The translations under genes were made by a program, and so were the position numbers. The notes below the pieces were generated by a model that saw nothing but the letters and a program-made list of their open reading frames with translations, had not been told where the DNA came from and searched no databases. From positions 15,173 to 79,172 of IMG/VR virus record IMGVR_UViG_3300001681_000071: DNA of 64,000 nt. One strand, written 5' to 3'. Source of the DNA: a virus. The first letter of the stretch is position 1; each line of letters starts with the position of its first letter. Shown in pieces: positions 36,354 through 46,711 of the stretch.

Positions 36354-39300
36354 TTAACTCGCAAATTTATTGAAACGGCCTCTACTGTAGCCAACGGTTA
36401 CACCGCTTGCTCGTCTTAGCCTTTTTGTCATTTCTGGGGCATGTCCCCTCTTCATTGCTGTTATCTGAACAGCATCTAACAACCGTCCTTCCGCTATAAT
36501 AGCTATATCTATCGGGGCAGACCCACCATATGTTGGTGGAACAACAGGTGGCCCAGCAGCAGCAGCAGAAAGACTAGTAGCATATGACCCAATACTATTG
36601 GTTGCAGCCATAAGCGATTGGCGTATCAGTTCAGATGGTTGCTGTGCAGCTATAATGTAGTCTCCAGCAGCAAATGAAGCCATTAAGCCCTCTTGCCCAA
36701 CCCGTATAGGAGCAGGTGTATCGTTAAACATAGACCAATTTGATGGCTTGAGCCTTGAGTCCTCCCACCACTCTGAAACAGATTTATCCTCAGAAGGATG
36801 CTCCTCATCCCAAGCATCAGCTTCGGCTTGTTTCTCCTTTAGCTTCTCTATAAGCGGAAACATGCTTAGAATCGCTTTACCAAATACCTCTGCCATATGA
36901 ACGGCTACTCCAAACACAGCCTTCCTAAACGTTTCGCTACCAAGAGTTGCCTCCAGTATGCCTTGGAGAATATTGCCAAAAATATCCATTACGGCTTCAA
37001 AGGCAGAAGAGCTAACCACCCTCTCCATTGTTGCGGTCAGGAGTTCTGAAACCGCATCTATTAAGCTTTTTATTAGCTTCTGCATTGGGCCACTAATCTG
37101 GTTCAATACGTCAGAAGACCCCTCAACTACTCTTTTTAATATATGGAGATTGCTTATTATTGAGCGTATTGCGTCAGCTATCCTTCCAGAGTTGGAAGAT
37201 ATACTACTTACAAACGTCTTAACAATAGTAGGAAGCGCAGTTGCAACTGCATCTATAACGCCACCAGCACCTTCAATTGCTGTTCTAAAGAAATTCGGAA
37301 GTCCAGTAGCCAGAGAAGAGAGGACCTTTGGTGCCGCAGAACTAACGGCTGCAAATAACTTGGGCAGTCCAGCTATTAAAGCGTCCAAAACGGCTGGGGT
37401 TACCGCGACAAGTGACGTTGCGAAGTCTGTTGCAGCCTCTATCTTTGCTCCAACCCCTTTTTTCGCTGTTTCACGTGTAAAGGAGGCAGAACGAGCCTCA
37501 CCTATGCGACGTTCACGGTCTGCTGCGCTTATCTCTCCTTCCTCGAATAATTTACTTGCTTCGTCTATTTGCTTTTGACGTTCAGACGCCACACTCGCTG
37601 CAATTCCTTTAATCATTGACAATGGATTTAAATCAAGGCCACCCGTCATAAATGACAAAGACGATTTAAAGACGCCCACGACCTTCTTTATTCCGGCTAT
37701 TGCTACTTTTACAATCTTAACTGTTAGCCGTATCATGCCACCAATAACTTTAGCTGCTACCACTCCTATAGCAAGAACACCAGCAGCAATAACTGCAAGT
37801 GGGCCAGCAAGACCCGCAAGAGCCACAGCACCATCCTTTCCAAGCGACTTAAATAATGGGCCTAACTTCTTCAAACCCGTTGCTGTATCTGTCCCTTTAG
37901 TGGCAAATTCACCAATCCCACGTTTCCAATCTTTCCAGGCACTACGAAGACCCGATTCTTTCCACGCATTACGAAAACCCGATTCTTTCCACGCGCTACT
38001 AAGACCCGATACACTGTTTTTAGCTAACTCAATAATATCAACCAACCCACGTAGGCCAGCCCCTGCCGATTGTGCTGCTTTTCCAATATCTACAATCCCT
38101 TGTGGCAACACGGACGTTAGCAGGTCACCCATAGCTGCTTGGGAGTCAATATCTCTGAGGTTTTCTAAAAACTTAATTGCAGCTTTCTTTTTTTCTTCGT
38201 CTTTTATGCCCCTAGTCGTCTTCTCCCTAGTCTCAAACTCTTCATTCACTTCAGTTAATTTTTCATAATACTGTCTAAACGCACCTATCTTCTCTTTGAA
38301 GGACGCAGACCTTATGTTCGTTTCTAAGGTGGTAAGACGCTGAACTTTTTTAATGTATTGCAACTCTACATTGTACAGGTCTTCTAAAATCTGTTCTTCA
38401 AGCCGTGCCCTTTCTTCCCACTGTTCGAGATTCAGCGCGGCTACAAGGTAAAGGGTTTCTTTCCTTTTATAGTCCTCCTTTGTTTTCTCCATGCTTTTGC
38501 GGTGTGTCTCATCGAGAATTTCCAATTCGCTTTTAGAAGCGTTCTCATTTACCGCTTTTATTTTCTTAACAAGCTCCTCTTCCAATCGTAAAAGCTCTTC
38601 ATCGCGTATAGCAGCAGCAAGAACAATTTCCTTAGTTATCTGTTCTTGCTTTTTCCTTTCGCCCTCTATTTCGTTTAGTGCGTTCTCTTTCGCAAGATTT
38701 GCTTCTTCCTTTGCTATCTTTTTCTCTCCTTCTAACCTTTCAAGTTGCAACGCTAAAACCTCTCTTGAGGCCTTAGTACCAGCAAGCGTCCTTACGGTTT
38801 TCTTTGATGATGCTATCTCTTTTTCAAGATGACTAATGTGTTCTTCAAGATCACTTAAATCAGGACTTAAATCAATCTTCTTCATCTCCTTTTCTAGCTC
38901 AGTCATTAGACCTATCTGCTTCTCGTTCATTGCATTTAGATCAATAATTCTCTGATCATATGACTTTTTTATTTTAGTCTCTTCACTGTCTGTCATTCCA
39001 GCAAATGTATCGGATAGGTCTTTGCGTACAGCTTTTACATTTTCGTTATACTCTGCGATTAGTATTTTCGCTTCTCCTGACAGACCCGCGAGCAAGGCGG
39101 CCTCATGCCCACCACCTAACTCTTGAACAATCCCAATAGGCGCGTCTTCTATCTTGTGCCTAAATGCTATTGCCGCTCTCTCTGCCTCGTTTAGAGCAAG
39201 AGCGAGTTCGACTCTTCTCGCTAACTCCTTGTTGTATTGGGAAAGGGCCTTGGTTGACTTTTTAAGAGCCTGTTCTTGTTTTCTTGTTGCCCCAGGACCT

Positions 39301-42300
39301 ATGTTTTTATCTCGGAGTTCACCCAGCTTTTTTTCTGCGTGGATTTGATTTTTTACTTGCTGTCCCGCTGTCTTTGCTCCCTGTTCATATCCACGTAGAT
39401 GCTTTCGGTTTACTTCAAGCTGTGCGTCAACTGCTGCCGCATTTCTTTGTATTATTGTATATAGGTCTTTGAGGTCAGCGTGTTCACTAGGTAAGTCAAA
39501 TGCTTTCATCCCCAGCCGCATACGCTCCGTATTTAATGATTTAAAGGATGCGATCATTGCAGCGTGGGTGGTTCTATTGTTCTCGCCATACTTATGTTCA
39601 GCGGCAGCGACCTCCTTTATTGTCTTATGATACATCTCTTGTCTAGCAGTAAGAGTTTCAATAGTACCAGCAAAAAACTTACTTCTCTTTGAAGCATTCT
39701 CTTGTATTTTAAGACCGTCAGCCATACCCTCTTGAAGTAATCTCTGAGCAGCAGACCAAGACAAAACAGCAATTTTTCCTTTATGAATTATTTTAGTCAG
39801 ATGGCCCTTTGATAAACCGTTCGCTATCTGTTCTGCTGTAAGTGTAGATAACGTATCGAGTTCATTTCTAAGAACACCTCCAAGTTTATGCCGCGACTCT
39901 AATTCTTTCTTCAAATTCACCAGAGTTTTGTTCTGGACTTTCTCAATTTTTACACCCTGCTTACGATATGTTTCCGCATCATCCTCCTGAATTTTCTGTA
40001 TGGCCTTAGCTCCACCAAGAGCCCTTGCGCCAGCCAATGCAGCATTATCAGCAGCGGTTTCATACATGACCCAAGCAGCGATAGTGGCAACTATGGCTGC
40101 AACAATTCCCAATGGGCCTAACATGGCTGCTCTAAGTCGTACCATCGCGGAAGCAGTACCATCAGCAGCCACTCTAGCCGCTATAAATGCTTTTGATAGC
40201 TTATCTACGACTGTTATCAGCGAAGCAACCCCTGCTAATATGCTTGAAGATACAAACACAAACAGCAGAGATTTCCCTAAAAACTTAATTGCATCTCTCG
40301 CTTGATATACAAACCGTACAAATTCAAGTAGCGCAGCAACCATAGAAGTTGCACCCGCAGCAAATTGATCTGCAAAATCCTCCGAGCTTTTTGTCATATC
40401 AGAAAACAACAATGTGAGTTGAGTTCCGATTACAAGTTTCATTCCTCTAAAAGCTTCAGCGGTTCTATCTATGATAACTTTAAGTCCACCTATGAAGTCG
40501 CCAAGATTTGATTGGTCTCCACTACCGCCTTCGTTCATTAGTTCAAAAACAGTTATTAAAAGCTCTTCAAAGGCAGAACGCAAGATAAGGGCTCTGTTGC
40601 TTACAGCCGTTATCTGCTGTTCATATGTTCTTTTAGTAAGTCCTTCTGCGATCCCCTTATCAATTTCGACCATTATCATATTGAAACTATTGGACTCTTC
40701 AGAGGCAGTAGCAAACTCCTTGGAAATTTGAGCGATACTACCAGCAGCTCTCTTTGAGACAAGACTAACAATGTCTCCCATCTTCATGTTAGCCTTTCCA
40801 ATCGTTGTCATTATCTCAGCAAAAGAATTGGAAACAGGGTTTACCTCTTCCATTGTAATGCCGTATTTTTCCAACGCTTCTTGGGCTCTTGCTGTTGGTC
40901 GAGATAGTGCCAACATTGCCTGTCTAAACTGTGTACCCGCGATGGAGCCTTCAAGTCCCAGGTCTCTAAACAACGCTAACGCTGTAGTTGTATCTTTCAG
41001 GCTCATTCCAAGCGCAGCACCAACCGAACCCCCGTATCTCATAGCAATAGTTAAACTTTCAACATCTAAAAGAGAGTTTTGTAGTGCCCCGGTAAATGTA
41101 TCTACAACCTCAGTAGACTTATCGGAAGTCAGGTTGAACTGAGCCATTGTTGCTGCAAGTAGCTGAGTAGCATTCGACATTGACGTTGCATTAGCACCAG
41201 CAAAGTTAAGAGCATCACCAGACACTTCCAAAATAGAGTTAGCATCCATACCAGCTCGCGCCAACGCTTGCATGGCATCAGCAGCCTCAGTAGCCGTAAA
41301 AAGGGTGGTCCTACCGAGTTGTCGCGCTGTGTCCTCCATATCTTGCATCTGTTGGATGCCTTCGGAAGTGCCCAAATTAATTCCACGTATCGAAGCAAGT
41401 GTGATGATTGATTTCTCAAAATCAGAACCAACTTTCAATACAGCAACGCCTAGTGCTGCTGCCGCAAACGCAGCAACCTGGAAGGCCATTACAAGTGGTC
41501 CCATCATAAACGAATGTAAGGATTTCACAGAACCGTGGAAGTCTTCCATGGCTCTTTTCTTCGCTGCTGCTTCACGTTTATGAATAGCAGCTATTTTCTT
41601 CGATGTAGCCTTTTCTTCTCGTTCTCTACGATTTCGTGCCGCCTTTTCTACTCTTACTCGCTTTTTAATTCCGGCTAGCCGGTCTTTTTCTAGCCTCGAC
41701 CAAAACTCATTTAGGGCCGTTTCGTTGGCCTTTTCTTTCTTGCGATTTGCATCCTTTACTCTTTCCAGCTTTTTAATTCCGGCTATCCGGTCTTTTTCGA
41801 GCCCGTCCCAAATGCTTTCCAGCGCTTCTGCCGTAGCTTTTTGTGACGCTAATACTTTCTTGTCTGCTGCCTTAGCGCGTTTTATATGTTCTGCTTTGAG
41901 CTTCTTCGAGTAGCTTTCCCACGCTTCTGCTGTAGCTTTTTGTGACGCTAAGTTTTTCTTATCTGCTGCCTTAGAATCTCGTTCCTCCTTACTCTTAATA
42001 GCCCTTTTCGCTGCCCTGGCCTCTTTATCCAGTTGTATTTCTTTTAAAACCGTACCTTTATACGCTTCTAAGAGTTTTTCATTTGTTAGCTTTACTTCTG
42101 CAAGTTCTTTTCTGTGTGCCTGTAGTTTCTTGTCCCTGCGTTTTTTGTCGCGCCTTGCCCTCTTTTCCCTGCCCTTTTCAAGCTTATTCTCTTCTCTCTT
42201 TTGCTTCTTCATTAGATCAAGAAGCTTATCAAAGCTTTGTGATACCTCAGTGGCGTCAACCTTAATAGAGATGCCAAGATCAGCAATATTTATAACAGCC

Positions 42301-42302
42301 AT
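36354..42302 (-). CDS. tail tape measure protein
   Basis: 1982 aa; TP901-type core (ARQLGRTTLFTATEAADAMQALARAG, GLEGSIAGTQFR), coiled coils, Trp-spaced repeats. Confidence 0.93.
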   Translation of the reverse strand: MAVINIADLGISIKVDATEVSQSFDKLLDLMKKQKREENKLEKGREKRARRDKKRRDKKLQAHRKELAEVKLTNEKLLEAYKGTVLKEIQLDKEARAAKRAIKSKEERDSKAADKKNLASQKATAEAWESYSKKLKAEHIKRAKAADKKVLASQKATAEALESIWDGLEKDRIAGIKKLERVKDANRKKEKANETALNEFWSRLEKDRLAGIKKRVRVEKAARNRREREEKATSKKIAAIHKREAAAKKRAMEDFHGSVKSLHSFMMGPLVMAFQVAAFAAAALGVAVLKVGSDFEKSIITLASIRGINLGTSEGIQQMQDMEDTARQLGRTTLFTATEAADAMQALARAGMDANSILEVSGDALNFAGANATSMSNATQLLAATMAQFNLTSDKSTEVVDTFTGALQNSLLDVESLTIAMRYGGSVGAALGMSLKDTTTALALFRDLGLEGSIAGTQFRQAMLALSRPTARAQEALEKYGITMEEVNPVSNSFAEIMTTIGKANMKMGDIVSLVSKRAAGSIAQISKEFATASEESNSFNMIMVEIDKGIAEGLTKRTYEQQITAVSNRALILRSAFEELLITVFELMNEGGSGDQSNLGDFIGGLKVIIDRTAEAFRGMKLVIGTQLTLLFSDMTKSSEDFADQFAAGATSMVAALLEFVRFVYQARDAIKFLGKSLLFVFVSSSILAGVASLITVVDKLSKAFIAARVAADGTASAMVRLRAAMLGPLGIVAAIVATIAAWVMYETAADNAALAGARALGGAKAIQKIQEDDAETYRKQGVKIEKVQNKTLVNLKKELESRHKLGGVLRNELDTLSTLTAEQIANGLSKGHLTKIIHKGKIAVLSWSAAQRLLQEGMADGLKIQENASKRSKFFAGTIETLTARQEMYHKTIKEVAAAEHKYGENNRTTHAAMIASFKSLNTERMRLGMKAFDLPSEHADLKDLYTIIQRNAAAVDAQLEVNRKHLRGYEQGAKTAGQQVKNQIHAEKKLGELRDKNIGPGATRKQEQALKKSTKALSQYNKELARRVELALALNEAERAAIAFRHKIEDAPIGIVQELGGGHEAALLAGLSGEAKILIAEYNENVKAVRKDLSDTFAGMTDSEETKIKKSYDQRIIDLNAMNEKQIGLMTELEKEMKKIDLSPDLSDLEEHISHLEKEIASSKKTVRTLAGTKASREVLALQLERLEGEKKIAKEEANLAKENALNEIEGERKKQEQITKEIVLAAAIRDEELLRLEEELVKKIKAVNENASKSELEILDETHRKSMEKTKEDYKRKETLYLVAALNLEQWEERARLEEQILEDLYNVELQYIKKVQRLTTLETNIRSASFKEKIGAFRQYYEKLTEVNEEFETREKTTRGIKDEEKKKAAIKFLENLRDIDSQAAMGDLLTSVLPQGIVDIGKAAQSAGAGLRGLVDIIELAKNSVSGLSSAWKESGFRNAWKESGLRSAWKDWKRGIGEFATKGTDTATGLKKLGPLFKSLGKDGAVALAGLAGPLAVIAAGVLAIGVVAAKVIGGMIRLTVKIVKVAIAGIKKVVGVFKSSLSFMTGGLDLNPLSMIKGIAASVASERQKQIDEASKLFEEGEISAADRERRIGEARSASFTRETAKKGVGAKIEAATDFATSLVAVTPAVLDALIAGLPKLFAAVSSAAPKVLSSLATGLPNFFRTAIEGAGGVIDAVATALPTIVKTFVSSISSNSGRIADAIRSIISNLHILKRVVEGSSDVLNQISGPMQKLIKSLIDAVSELLTATMERVVSSSAFEAVMDIFGNILQGILEATLGSETFRKAVFGVAVHMAEVFGKAILSMFPLIEKLKEKQAEADAWDEEHPSEDKSVSEWWEDSRLKPSNWSMFNDTPAPIRVGQEGLMASFAAGDYIIAAQQPSELIRQSLMAATNSIGSYATSLSAAAAGPPVVPPTYGGSAPIDIAIIAEGRLLDAVQITAMKRGHAPEMTKRLRRASGVTVGYSRGRFNKFAS

Positions 42303-42305
42303 GTA

Positions 42306-42584
42306 TCACCCATTAACGACAGGAACATTTCCATAGACCTTACTTAATTTAGCCAATAATTCCGCCTTCTTTTGCTCCTTACTAACTCCCTTATTGGATT
42401 TTCTGGTCTTTGGTGGTTTTTTAGCTCCAAATGCAGAGGCAACAGGGTCCATTACCATCTCTATCATCGAGAGCTTGTGACGCATTGCGGCTCTTGAAGC
42501 CAAGCCAATCTGGTCAAAGCTCATATCAAGTATTTGTTCAAAACTTAAACCACAAGAAAGCAACGTTCCTAATGAACGCTCCAA
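42306..42584 (-). CDS. tail assembly chaperone C-terminal (T) segment, likely reached by -1 frameshift
   Basis: lies in the -1 frame of the upstream chaperone, open from the slippery site; only a TTG start. Confidence 0.7.
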   Translation of the reverse strand: MERSLGTLLSCGLSFEQILDMSFDQIGLASRAAMRHKLSMIEMVMDPVASAFGAKKPPKTRKSNKGVSKEQKKAELLAKLSKVYGNVPVVNG

Positions 42585-42607
42585 CGACTCAACTTTTTCT
42601 TCTTCTG

Positions 42608-43153
42608 TTACATGTTCGCTGTTATTGATTTCACTGCTTGGCTCGCCTTTCTCGCCAGCCGTATAAACAAAGGGATTATGGCGGCTATCATCTCCTCTAG
42701 TGGAAATAGGTCTGCTGCTGCCAAATCACTGTCCTCAAAAGGAAAGCCTTGTTCAGTCGCCTTCTTCTTTACGCTGGCGATTAAAAGTGGTTGAGACACC
42801 GAAAAGCAATTGGAGATCACCCTTAGCACATCATCATTATCAGCAACCGACATAATCAAATCAAACATAGAAGAAGCGTCATTCGCAAATGGCATCTCCG
42901 TAAAGCTAAGAGACTTCAATTTTTCAAACTGTCTTAGCACTTTTATCTGAACACGTGCGCTGGCGACTGTCCTTACCATGTGCTTTCCGCCTAATACATC
43001 TTGAACCTCGATTTCATCATCAGGTATCAATGTTTTCAACACGTTTTGAAGCGTATAACCAGCATCGGCTATTGTCAGTTGTTCTTCTACTTCTTCTACT
43101 TCTTCTTTTGGGATTTCTGGTTCAGAGGCGTGTGCCACTTCTGGATCTGTCAT
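42608..43153 (-). CDS. tail assembly chaperone (G)
   Basis: upstream of tape measure; AGGAG RBS; slippery heptamer near 3' end. Confidence 0.7.
   Translation of the reverse strand: MTDPEVAHASEPEIPKEEVEEVEEQLTIADAGYTLQNVLKTLIPDDEIEVQDVLGGKHMVRTVASARVQIKVLRQFEKLKSLSFTEMPFANDASSMFDLIMSVADNDDVLRVISNCFSVSQPLLIASVKKKATEQGFPFEDSDLAAADLFPLEEMIAAIIPLFIRLARKASQAVKSITANM
42668..42674 (-). other. -1 programmed ribosomal frameshift heptamer C CCT TTG
   Basis: X XXY YYZ correctly phased (ATC CCT TTG); -1 frame runs without a stop into ORF 42306..42584. Confidence 0.75.
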
Positions 43154-43290
43154 TGTTTACTCCTACGTCATGCGTATTTTTGGGTAATAATTTTATATTA
43201 CCTTATCATAACGGATACCAAAAAACCTACAAATTACACCGATAGTAAACAAAAAAAGAACGGAAAAGACCCCCCGAACCCGATTCAATA

Positions 43291-43299
43291 TGTTATACT
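43291..43299 (+). promoter_or_regulatory. extended -10 promoter candidate (TGnTATACT)
   Basis: tgttatact about 50 bp upstream of ATG 43351. Confidence 0.45.
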
Positions 43300-43350
43300 A
43301 TATGAGTAACCAGAAGTGTAATTAATCATACTCATAACCAGGGAAGAACA

Positions 43351-43995
43351 ATGGACCTCGTAACTATTACGTCCACGCTCAAAGGGGCTGTACGTGGCAG
43401 AAGACCAAACCGGAAAGCATACGGAAGACACAGAGTTATATCTGCAATCGACGTAGGTTTCCGATACAGAGAGGTATTAAAAACCTCTTGCGACATTATT
43501 TATAGCGATAGATTTTATGACCTTTTAATGGACAAATTGGACGCTGAAGGCATATTTGTAAAACGGGAAGATTGTGATTCGTTAATAGAGGCACAACACG
43601 ACAAAATGAAATCCCAAATGACCGATAATTGGGGGGTTAAAGAGTCAATTTATGCTCCAGCCCCATACTTCGGCATGGGATTCAAACGCCACAAGGAAAC
43701 AGGTGGAATATACGTTGCTGGGCTACAAATTTGCGAGAAAGTGGTAAACCATGACCCGAACGGAAGTATACCTGCTCCGAATTCCAAGGCAGCAACAATC
43801 GTAAAACGGTCAATAAGTGGCTTGATCCCGTTGGGAATATATAGAACCTATAAAGTAATAGACGTAGTAGAGGGGATAAGAATTCCAACAGCCGAGTGGA
43901 AAACAGGTCAAGATGCTTTGGAAATGCTCCTTATCAACGGTCTAAACCAAGCCAACAAACAATACAAAACTTTTTTAACACTGAAAGGGGAATAA
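43351..43995 (+). CDS. hypothetical protein (opposite-strand island)
   Basis: 214-aa ORF with AACCAGGGAAG leader. Confidence 0.65.
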   Translation: MDLVTITSTLKGAVRGRRPNRKAYGRHRVISAIDVGFRYREVLKTSCDIIYSDRFYDLLMDKLDAEGIFVKREDCDSLIEAQHDKMKSQMTDNWGVKESIYAPAPYFGMGFKRHKETGGIYVAGLQICEKVVNHDPNGSIPAPNSKAATIVKRSISGLIPLGIYRTYKVIDVVEGIRIPTAEWKTGQDALEMLLINGLNQANKQYKTFLTLKGE

Positions 43996-43998
43996 GCA

Positions 43999-44352
43999 AT
44001 GGACCGGAATTATTCAGAAATATTTAAAGACTTAAACCAAATATTAACCAAGATAAAAGGACTAGGGCTCCTTGGCTATGAAGACAAATTTGCAATGTCA
44101 CTATCATTTGGGCATGGAGTGAACAGGCGTAGTGGATATATAAATATCCATGTATTTGAAAAAGTGTTCACAGATATAGTTAGCAAGTTCAATCTTGCAA
44201 GTAAGGTTGAATTTTGCAATAGCTCTGGCAGTAGCGGACACCATGTTGAATTATATTTAGAAGAATACGATATAATGCTCACATCTATTCTCCCCTTTAA
44301 AGAAAAACCCGAAGACTTAAAGACCGAATACTTTGGTGTATCCAATGTATGA
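43999..44352 (+). CDS. hypothetical protein
   Basis: 117 aa, coupled to upstream gene. Confidence 0.55.
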   Translation: MDRNYSEIFKDLNQILTKIKGLGLLGYEDKFAMSLSFGHGVNRRSGYINIHVFEKVFTDIVSKFNLASKVEFCNSSGSSGHHVELYLEEYDIMLTSILPFKEKPEDLKTEYFGVSNV

Positions 44353-44617
44353 AGTAGGAAAGATAATACAAAGTCCCGATAGATTTTTTGTCTGCGTAAG
44401 AATTAGAAACAAATGGGGCGTTCCATACAGTCTCCGGAAAAGGATTGGTCCTTTGGAGATTAAAGAAGCGCACCAAACTCTTTCTAAATCCATAGAGAAA
44501 TATGGCTGCAACTACGAGATAGTAATTGAGCCAGCAACACATGTAGATAGAACTGCTGATAGCTGTCATAACAGCATCATCCAAAACCATGAGGTTAACA
44601 ATGACTCATCCCCTTAA
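44333..44617 (+). CDS. hypothetical protein
   Basis: 94-aa ORF in island. Confidence 0.5.
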   Translation: MVYPMYEVGKIIQSPDRFFVCVRIRNKWGVPYSLRKRIGPLEIKEAHQTLSKSIEKYGCNYEIVIEPATHVDRTADSCHNSIIQNHEVNNDSSP

Positions 44618-44804
44618 TTCTATGCGCTATGTGAGATTAGCAGAGCGCCTAAACGAAACATTGCGCTTGGTGAATACATATCTGCAACTTCGCATAGAAG
44701 AAGTAAAAACAAATTTGTCAGCACGACAGCTTGCCGACCTAACAAAGATAACGAACATAGATGAAGTTATCAAAGACTGCGACCAAGCAAGCCCTATAAA
44801 TTGA
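44589..44804 (+). CDS. hypothetical protein
   Basis: 71-aa ORF in island. Confidence 0.45.
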   Translation: MRLTMTHPLNSMRYVRLAERLNETLRLVNTYLQLRIEEVKTNLSARQLADLTKITNIDEVIKDCDQASPIN

Positions 44805-44957
44805 TAAATATTTCCGTGAATAGAGCCAGCGATTGGTCGCCTCATCATATGGTGTCTATGCAAGGCTTAACAGCCTTACCTTCCCCAAAGACTCCAGTTG
44901 GATACGGAGTTTGCGAAAGCTAAACGTAATGAGGTCTATCCATAAAGGCCAGCAGGT

Positions 44958-45641
44958 TTGCTTCATGTAGCCTGTTGGTCTTTTAAATTTTATAAACAAA
45001 CCACAAACGAGACAGCCATGATAAAAAACATTAGCCGGAAAAAAAGGGGGGTAACTACAACGTGTGACTTCAAGGAGTACGAACCACACGGTAAGGGCGA
45101 GCTATTGCCACCAGAACTGCGCGAACGGATGGACCTAACAACATGGGATTGGGACACACTCAGATACTTTCAAAGCTCTGTTTACCGTGTCTCCTTTTAT
45201 GTTCAGCCTCCGGTGGAAGATGTACGACCATTCCACTTTGGTCTACTAAGTTATAGGCGTAGAGATGGAAAGACCATCGGATCTTGGAGGGAAAAGCAGC
45301 TTATAAAAGATTGTATCGCTGGCACATTATGTGAAGGAGCAGAACTATTCCCCTCTCATCTACGGCTACTGGATACCGCTAACCAGTATCATCTCTGGCT
45401 TATGCCTAGTGCGTCCCTAATGCCGTTTGGATACTTTCAGCTACGGTGTACTGACCAAGACGAAGAGGTAGTTAAGATGGGATCACTGGTAACAAAAAAC
45501 AGATGCCCACAACAACCACGAAAGAGCCGCCATGACTATACCGAAGATGCCGGGTTTGGGCCGTATGGTCTTCTCGGTAAATGGTGGGAAGAATATGGGT
45601 ATCCCACAACAGATTGGGACAAAAAGATAGGGGCTAAATAG
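44958..45641 (+). CDS. conserved phage protein of unknown function
   Basis: LSYRRRDGK..SWREKQLIKD..G..EGAELFP..RLLDTANQYHLW is a recurring phage motif. Confidence 0.7.
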   Translation: MLHVACWSFKFYKQTTNETAMIKNISRKKRGVTTTCDFKEYEPHGKGELLPPELRERMDLTTWDWDTLRYFQSSVYRVSFYVQPPVEDVRPFHFGLLSYRRRDGKTIGSWREKQLIKDCIAGTLCEGAELFPSHLRLLDTANQYHLWLMPSASLMPFGYFQLRCTDQDEEVVKMGSLVTKNRCPQQPRKSRHDYTEDAGFGPYGLLGKWWEEYGYPTTDWDKKIGAK

Positions 45642-45689
45642 CCCCTTAGATAACTGATGTAGCAAATTACAGCATCTCAGCCCAAGATT

Positions 45690-46328
45690 CTAAATCTTAG
45701 TATATCTGTCGATACGGATTAAGCTTTGATGGTCAGACAATGCTAGACCATCCCAAGATTTTGTAACACCAAGGGCAGTAAATCCAAACCCAAATGAGTG
45801 TTCATCTTGACCAAACGGAGCAGTAAACCCGGTAGTTGACTGACATTTCCAAACATAACAGTTGAGAGTATCGCCTGTAACTCCCATTTGGTGACGTATA
45901 CTCATTGAAATATCAACATTCGTAGGATCTCCGCCAAACCAAAACGCTTCGCCAGTGGCAAGAGCGGGTATATCCCAACCAGGAGGCTCTGATGACCCGG
46001 CTCCATACAAGAGTTCATCTTCATCATTGATACCAGAACCTAATGCCATCTTGAACCGAAGAAAATCCCATTCAATAGAGGTAAAGGTGATGTTTACCAT
46101 TTGTTGTTGTTGAAAAGTGTAGACTACCTGACGAGGATTTCCTTGCATGATCTGTTTCTTCTCTGAAACCATCTCAAGGGATACGCCATCGTCACCAATA
46201 AATCCAACATCAACGGTGGGAGTTAATCCATTCGGAGAAGTCCCGCTTCCAGTGAATAAGGCCATCTTTAAGGTGGCAGGTCCGAAACTAATGTCATTGG
46301 TAGTTCCGCTTGGTAGATTAAGAGCCAT
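45690..46328 (-). CDS. major tail (tube) protein
   Basis: ISFGPA, DVGFIGDDGVSLE; follows terminator-like gene; strong RBS. Confidence 0.75.
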   Translation of the reverse strand: MALNLPSGTTNDISFGPATLKMALFTGSGTSPNGLTPTVDVGFIGDDGVSLEMVSEKKQIMQGNPRQVVYTFQQQQMVNITFTSIEWDFLRFKMALGSGINDEDELLYGAGSSEPPGWDIPALATGEAFWFGGDPTNVDISMSIRHQMGVTGDTLNCYVWKCQSTTGFTAPFGQDEHSFGFGFTALGVTKSWDGLALSDHQSLIRIDRYTKI

Positions 46329-46360
46329 GATCTTCTCCCAAAAAAGATTTCATTTCAAAT

Positions 46361-46711
46361 TTATAAAGGATTTTCTTTAGTATATCGTACAACATTAACA
46401 TGTGAACAAGAACGACAAATAATTTTTAGCTTGCCGCCAACGCCAGCAGTCCAGTAAGCATAAAAATCTTTGTATCTTATTCTCAATTCATCGCCCTCTG
46501 TATCGTATATCCCAAGCCTAAAGCTGCACTTCTCACAATTCCATATCACATCATTGGTATGTAATGCATCAGTGCCATCAAGTTCTTGATTGCCATCTGT
46601 ATTTTGCTGAGAAAGAACAGCCATTTGGATTATCGTTGCAAGCTCTGACTCTATTGCTTGAATTTGTCGCTCTAATCTTTCTATGGATTTTCGTTCAGAC
46701 ATATTAACCAA
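46361..46711 (-). CDS. zinc-ribbon protein (Mu Com-like spacing)
   Basis: CEKCSFRLG...KIICRSCSHVN. Confidence 0.6.
   Translation of the reverse strand: MVNMSERKSIERLERQIQAIESELATIIQMAVLSQQNTDGNQELDGTDALHTNDVIWNCEKCSFRLGIYDTEGDELRIRYKDFYAYWTAGVGGKLKIICRSCSHVNVVRYTKENPL

Noticed and set aside
37930-38010. 27-bp tandem repeats in the tape measure gene
   Set aside because: They encode ordinary Trp-spaced tape-measure repeats (AWKESG).
36958-42336. Many + strand ORFs of 60-206 aa opposite the tape measure gene
   Set aside because: Antisense shadows of Ala/Lys/Glu-rich coding sequence; low complexity, no motifs.
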